DNA from: Candidatus Omnitrophota bacterium
GTDB taxonomy: Bacteria; Omnitrophota; Gorgyraeia; Zapsychrales; Fredricksoniimonadaceae
NCBI GenBank assembly: GCA_015232565.1
Contig: JADFZK010000010.1
Coordinates: 987 to 64,986, forward strand
Direction of reading: 5' to 3'
DNA length: 64,000 bases
Both the position numbers and the translations under genes were made by a program. Positions 62,223-64,000 of this stretch are shown piece after piece (position 1 is the stretch's first letter; every line of letters begins with the position of its first letter). The notes under the pieces were generated by a model. It was not told where the DNA came from and did not search any database. It was given only the letters and a program-made list of their open reading frames with translations.

Positions 62223-64000
62223 TTATGACAAATGTAAAATTACCAGGATCATGTCGATCAATTTAATGCCCACAAACGGCGTTACCAGTCCGCCCAGCCC
62301 ATAGATCAGGAGATTATCCCTCAACAAACGGCTCGCCGGCATAGGCCTGTAGGGCACGCCAAATAATGACAGCGGAATAAGAAAGATAATGATCAGCGCG
62401 TTAAATATAACCGCCGACAATACCGCGCTTTGCGGCGTTGCCAGGTGCATGATGTTAAGCGCATTCAAGGCCGGATAAGTCCCCGCAAACGCGGCCGGAA
62501 TGATGGCAAAATATTTCGACACATCATTAAAGATGCTGAAGGTTGTTAAAGACCCGCGCGTCATAAGAAGTTGTTTGCCGATCTCAACGATTTCAATCAG
62601 CTTGGTCGGGTTCGAATCCAGGTCCACCATATTCCCGGCTTCTTTGGCCGCCTGCGTTCCGGTATGCATGGCAACGGCTACATCGGCTTGTGCCAGGGCC
62701 GGGGCATCATTGGTGCCGTCTCCGGTCATAGCCACCAGCCGGCCGCCGGCCTGCATTTCACGAATAAGCCTCAGCTTGGCTTCCGGCGTTGCCTGGGCAA
62801 GAAAATCATCCATCCCAGCTTCCGCCGCGATAGATGCCGCTGTTAAAGAATTATCTCCCGTGATCATGATTGTCCTGATCCCCATGCGCCGAAGTTCAGC
62901 GAACCGCTCTTTGATCCCCCCCTTGATAATATCCTTAAGCTGGATCACGCCCAGAACACGGCTGTTCTCACAAACCGCCAACGGCGTGCCACCGCTCCTT
63001 GAAATAGTCTCGATCGTTGCTTTCAAGTCCTCCGGGAACACTCCTCCGTGGATCTTGACGTAGTTCTCAATCGCCTCAACAGCGCCCTTCCGGATCTCTC
63101 TCCCGCCCCCAAGATCAACCCCGCTCATCCTGGCCTGGGCGGTGAAAGGGACAAATTTTGCCTCTATACTATTGATCTGCCTTTCCCGGATACCATATTT
63201 CTGTTTTGCCAGTATAACGATACTGCGGCCTTCCGGAGTCTCATCGGACAAAGATGAAAGCTGTGCGGCATCAGCTAACGCCTCAAGGCCAATGCCGCAA
63301 GCAGGATAGAACGCCACTGCCTGACGGTTCCCCAGCGTGATCGTCCCGGTCTTATCAAGAAGAAGAACGTCCACATCCCCGGCGGCTTCCACGGCACGCC
63401 CGGATGTAGCGATAACATTGGCCTGGATCATCCGGTCCATGCCGGCAATACCAATGGCGGGAAGCAAGCCCCCTATAGTCGTTGGAATAAGGCAGACCAG
63501 CAGCGCCACCAATACAGTAACCGAGATCACTTCGCCATGACCGGCCGCAGTAACGCTATAGATCGAGAACGGCAACAGAGTGACCGTAACCAGAAGAAAA
63601 ATGATCGTAAACACGACCAAAAGAATAGTAAGAGCGATCTCGTTCGGGGTTTTCTGCCGCCGGGCCCCTTCCACCATCGCGATCATGTGATCCAGAAAAG
63701 TCTCTCCGGGATTCGCCGTGATCCGCACGACCAGCCAATCAGACAAAACACGTGTGCCGCCAGTGACGGCCGAACGATCGCCGCCGCTTTCCCGAATAAC
63801 GGGCGCACTCTCGCCAGTGATCGCGCTCTCGTCAACCGACGCAACCCCCTCGACAACTTCCCCGTCCATGGGAATAATATCTCCGGCCTCAACCAATACC
63901 ACATCTTCCTTGCGCAAGCTATTTGCCGGAACCGTGGTGCAAACTGAACCACGGGACGGCGTTGACAATTTCTTTGCCGGAGCATCCTTTCTTGTTTTCC
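62223..64000 (-). CDS. kdpB: K+-transporting P-type ATPase subunit KdpB (partial; continues past the window end)
   Basis: The P-type motifs [15 protein letters not shown] and [13 protein letters not shown] are present. The frame is open to position 64000. Confidence 0.9.
   Translation of the reverse strand, partial: KTRKDAPAKKLSTPSRGSVCTTVPANSLRKEDVVLVEAGDIIPMDGEVVEGVASVDESAITGESAPVIRESGGDRSAVTGGTRVLSDWLVVRITANPGETFLDHMIAMVEGARRQKTPNEIALTILLVVFTIIFLLVTVTLLPFSIYSVTAAGHGEVISVTVLVALLVCLIPTTIGGLLPAIGIAGMDRMIQANVIATSGRAVEAAGDVDVLLLDKTGTITLGNRQAVAFYPACGIGLEALADAAQLSSLSDETPEGRSIVILAKQKYGIRERQINSIEAKFVPFTAQARMSGVDLGGGREIRKGAVEAIENYVKIHGGVFPEDLKATIETISRSGGTPLAVCENSRVLGVIQLKDIIKGGIKERFAELRRMGIRTIMITGDNSLTAASIAAEAGMDDFLAQATPEAKLRLIREMQAGGRLVAMTGDGTNDAPALAQADVAVAMHTGTQAAKEAGNMVDLDSNPTKLIEIVEIGKQLLMTRGSLTTFSIFNDVSKYFAIIPAAFAGTYPALNALNIMHLATPQSAVLSAVIFNALIIIFLIPLSLFGVPYRPMPASRLLRDNLLIYGLGGLVTPFVGIKLIDMILVILHLS

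Noticed and set aside
1-64000. Transposase, integrase, phage or toxin-antitoxin genes
   Set aside because: I looked for DDE, tyrosine-recombinase or serine-recombinase signatures in all frames and found none. Mobility is suggested only by the repeat elements and the truncated ApbE gene.

Overview
This is a GC-rich, gene-dense bacterial window in which almost every gene lies on the minus strand and many are translationally coupled. The only two confident plus-strand genes are 7827..8414 and 23124..23708.

From the start, the window holds a partial AAA+ ATPase, a coiled-coil porin, and an RND pump with a TolC-like outer-membrane factor but no adaptor gene. A C_GCAxxG_C_C protein and a UPF0251 protein follow, then a divergent HTH regulator with two tandem Cys-rich repeats, and a SAM methyltransferase.

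A long minus-strand run covers about 9.4 to 23.0 kb. It holds a trypsin-like protease whose nucleophile serine is replaced by cysteine, a selC(tRNA-Sec)-selA-selB cluster, and a PDZ membrane protein. Next come a NifX-like membrane protein, a NapH-like 4Fe-4S membrane protein, a second trypsin-like protease, and an HgdC-type activator ATPase with three 2-hydroxyacyl-CoA-dehydratase-like (HGD-D) subunits. The run ends with SelD carrying a Cys-rich N-terminal extension and a C-terminal AhpD-like domain.

The centrepiece is a roughly 26-kb region (23.6 to 49.1 kb) that reads as a magnetosome-type biomineralization gene cluster. It contains a giant secreted repeat protein, a PAS plus Cys-rich sensor, and four CDF transporters in two tandem pairs (MamB/MamM-like). 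Three proteins carry paired C-terminal CXXCH motifs of magnetochrome type (MamT-like, MamP-like, and a NifX-like/zinc-ribbon/magnetochrome fusion). A LemA protein (MamQ-like), a TPR protein (MamA-like), a PDZ-fused ArsB/NhaD-type permease, and an HtrA protease are also present. The cluster additionally holds many small PDZ or zinc-ribbon membrane proteins, a second NifX-like/NapH-like module, and small MamI/L-like ORFs. It is headed by an HTH regulator and an AT-rich promoter.

Downstream lie a truncated ApbE gene and two near-identical 154-bp palindromic repeats that flank a 7.4-kb segment. That segment carries an ion channel, a partner-switching module, and sbp-cysTWA. The window ends with kdpE-kdpD-kdpC-kdpB(partial).

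No mamK or actin-like gene, transposase or integrase was seen. All calls rest on motif-level reading of the translations. I could not run any database search.
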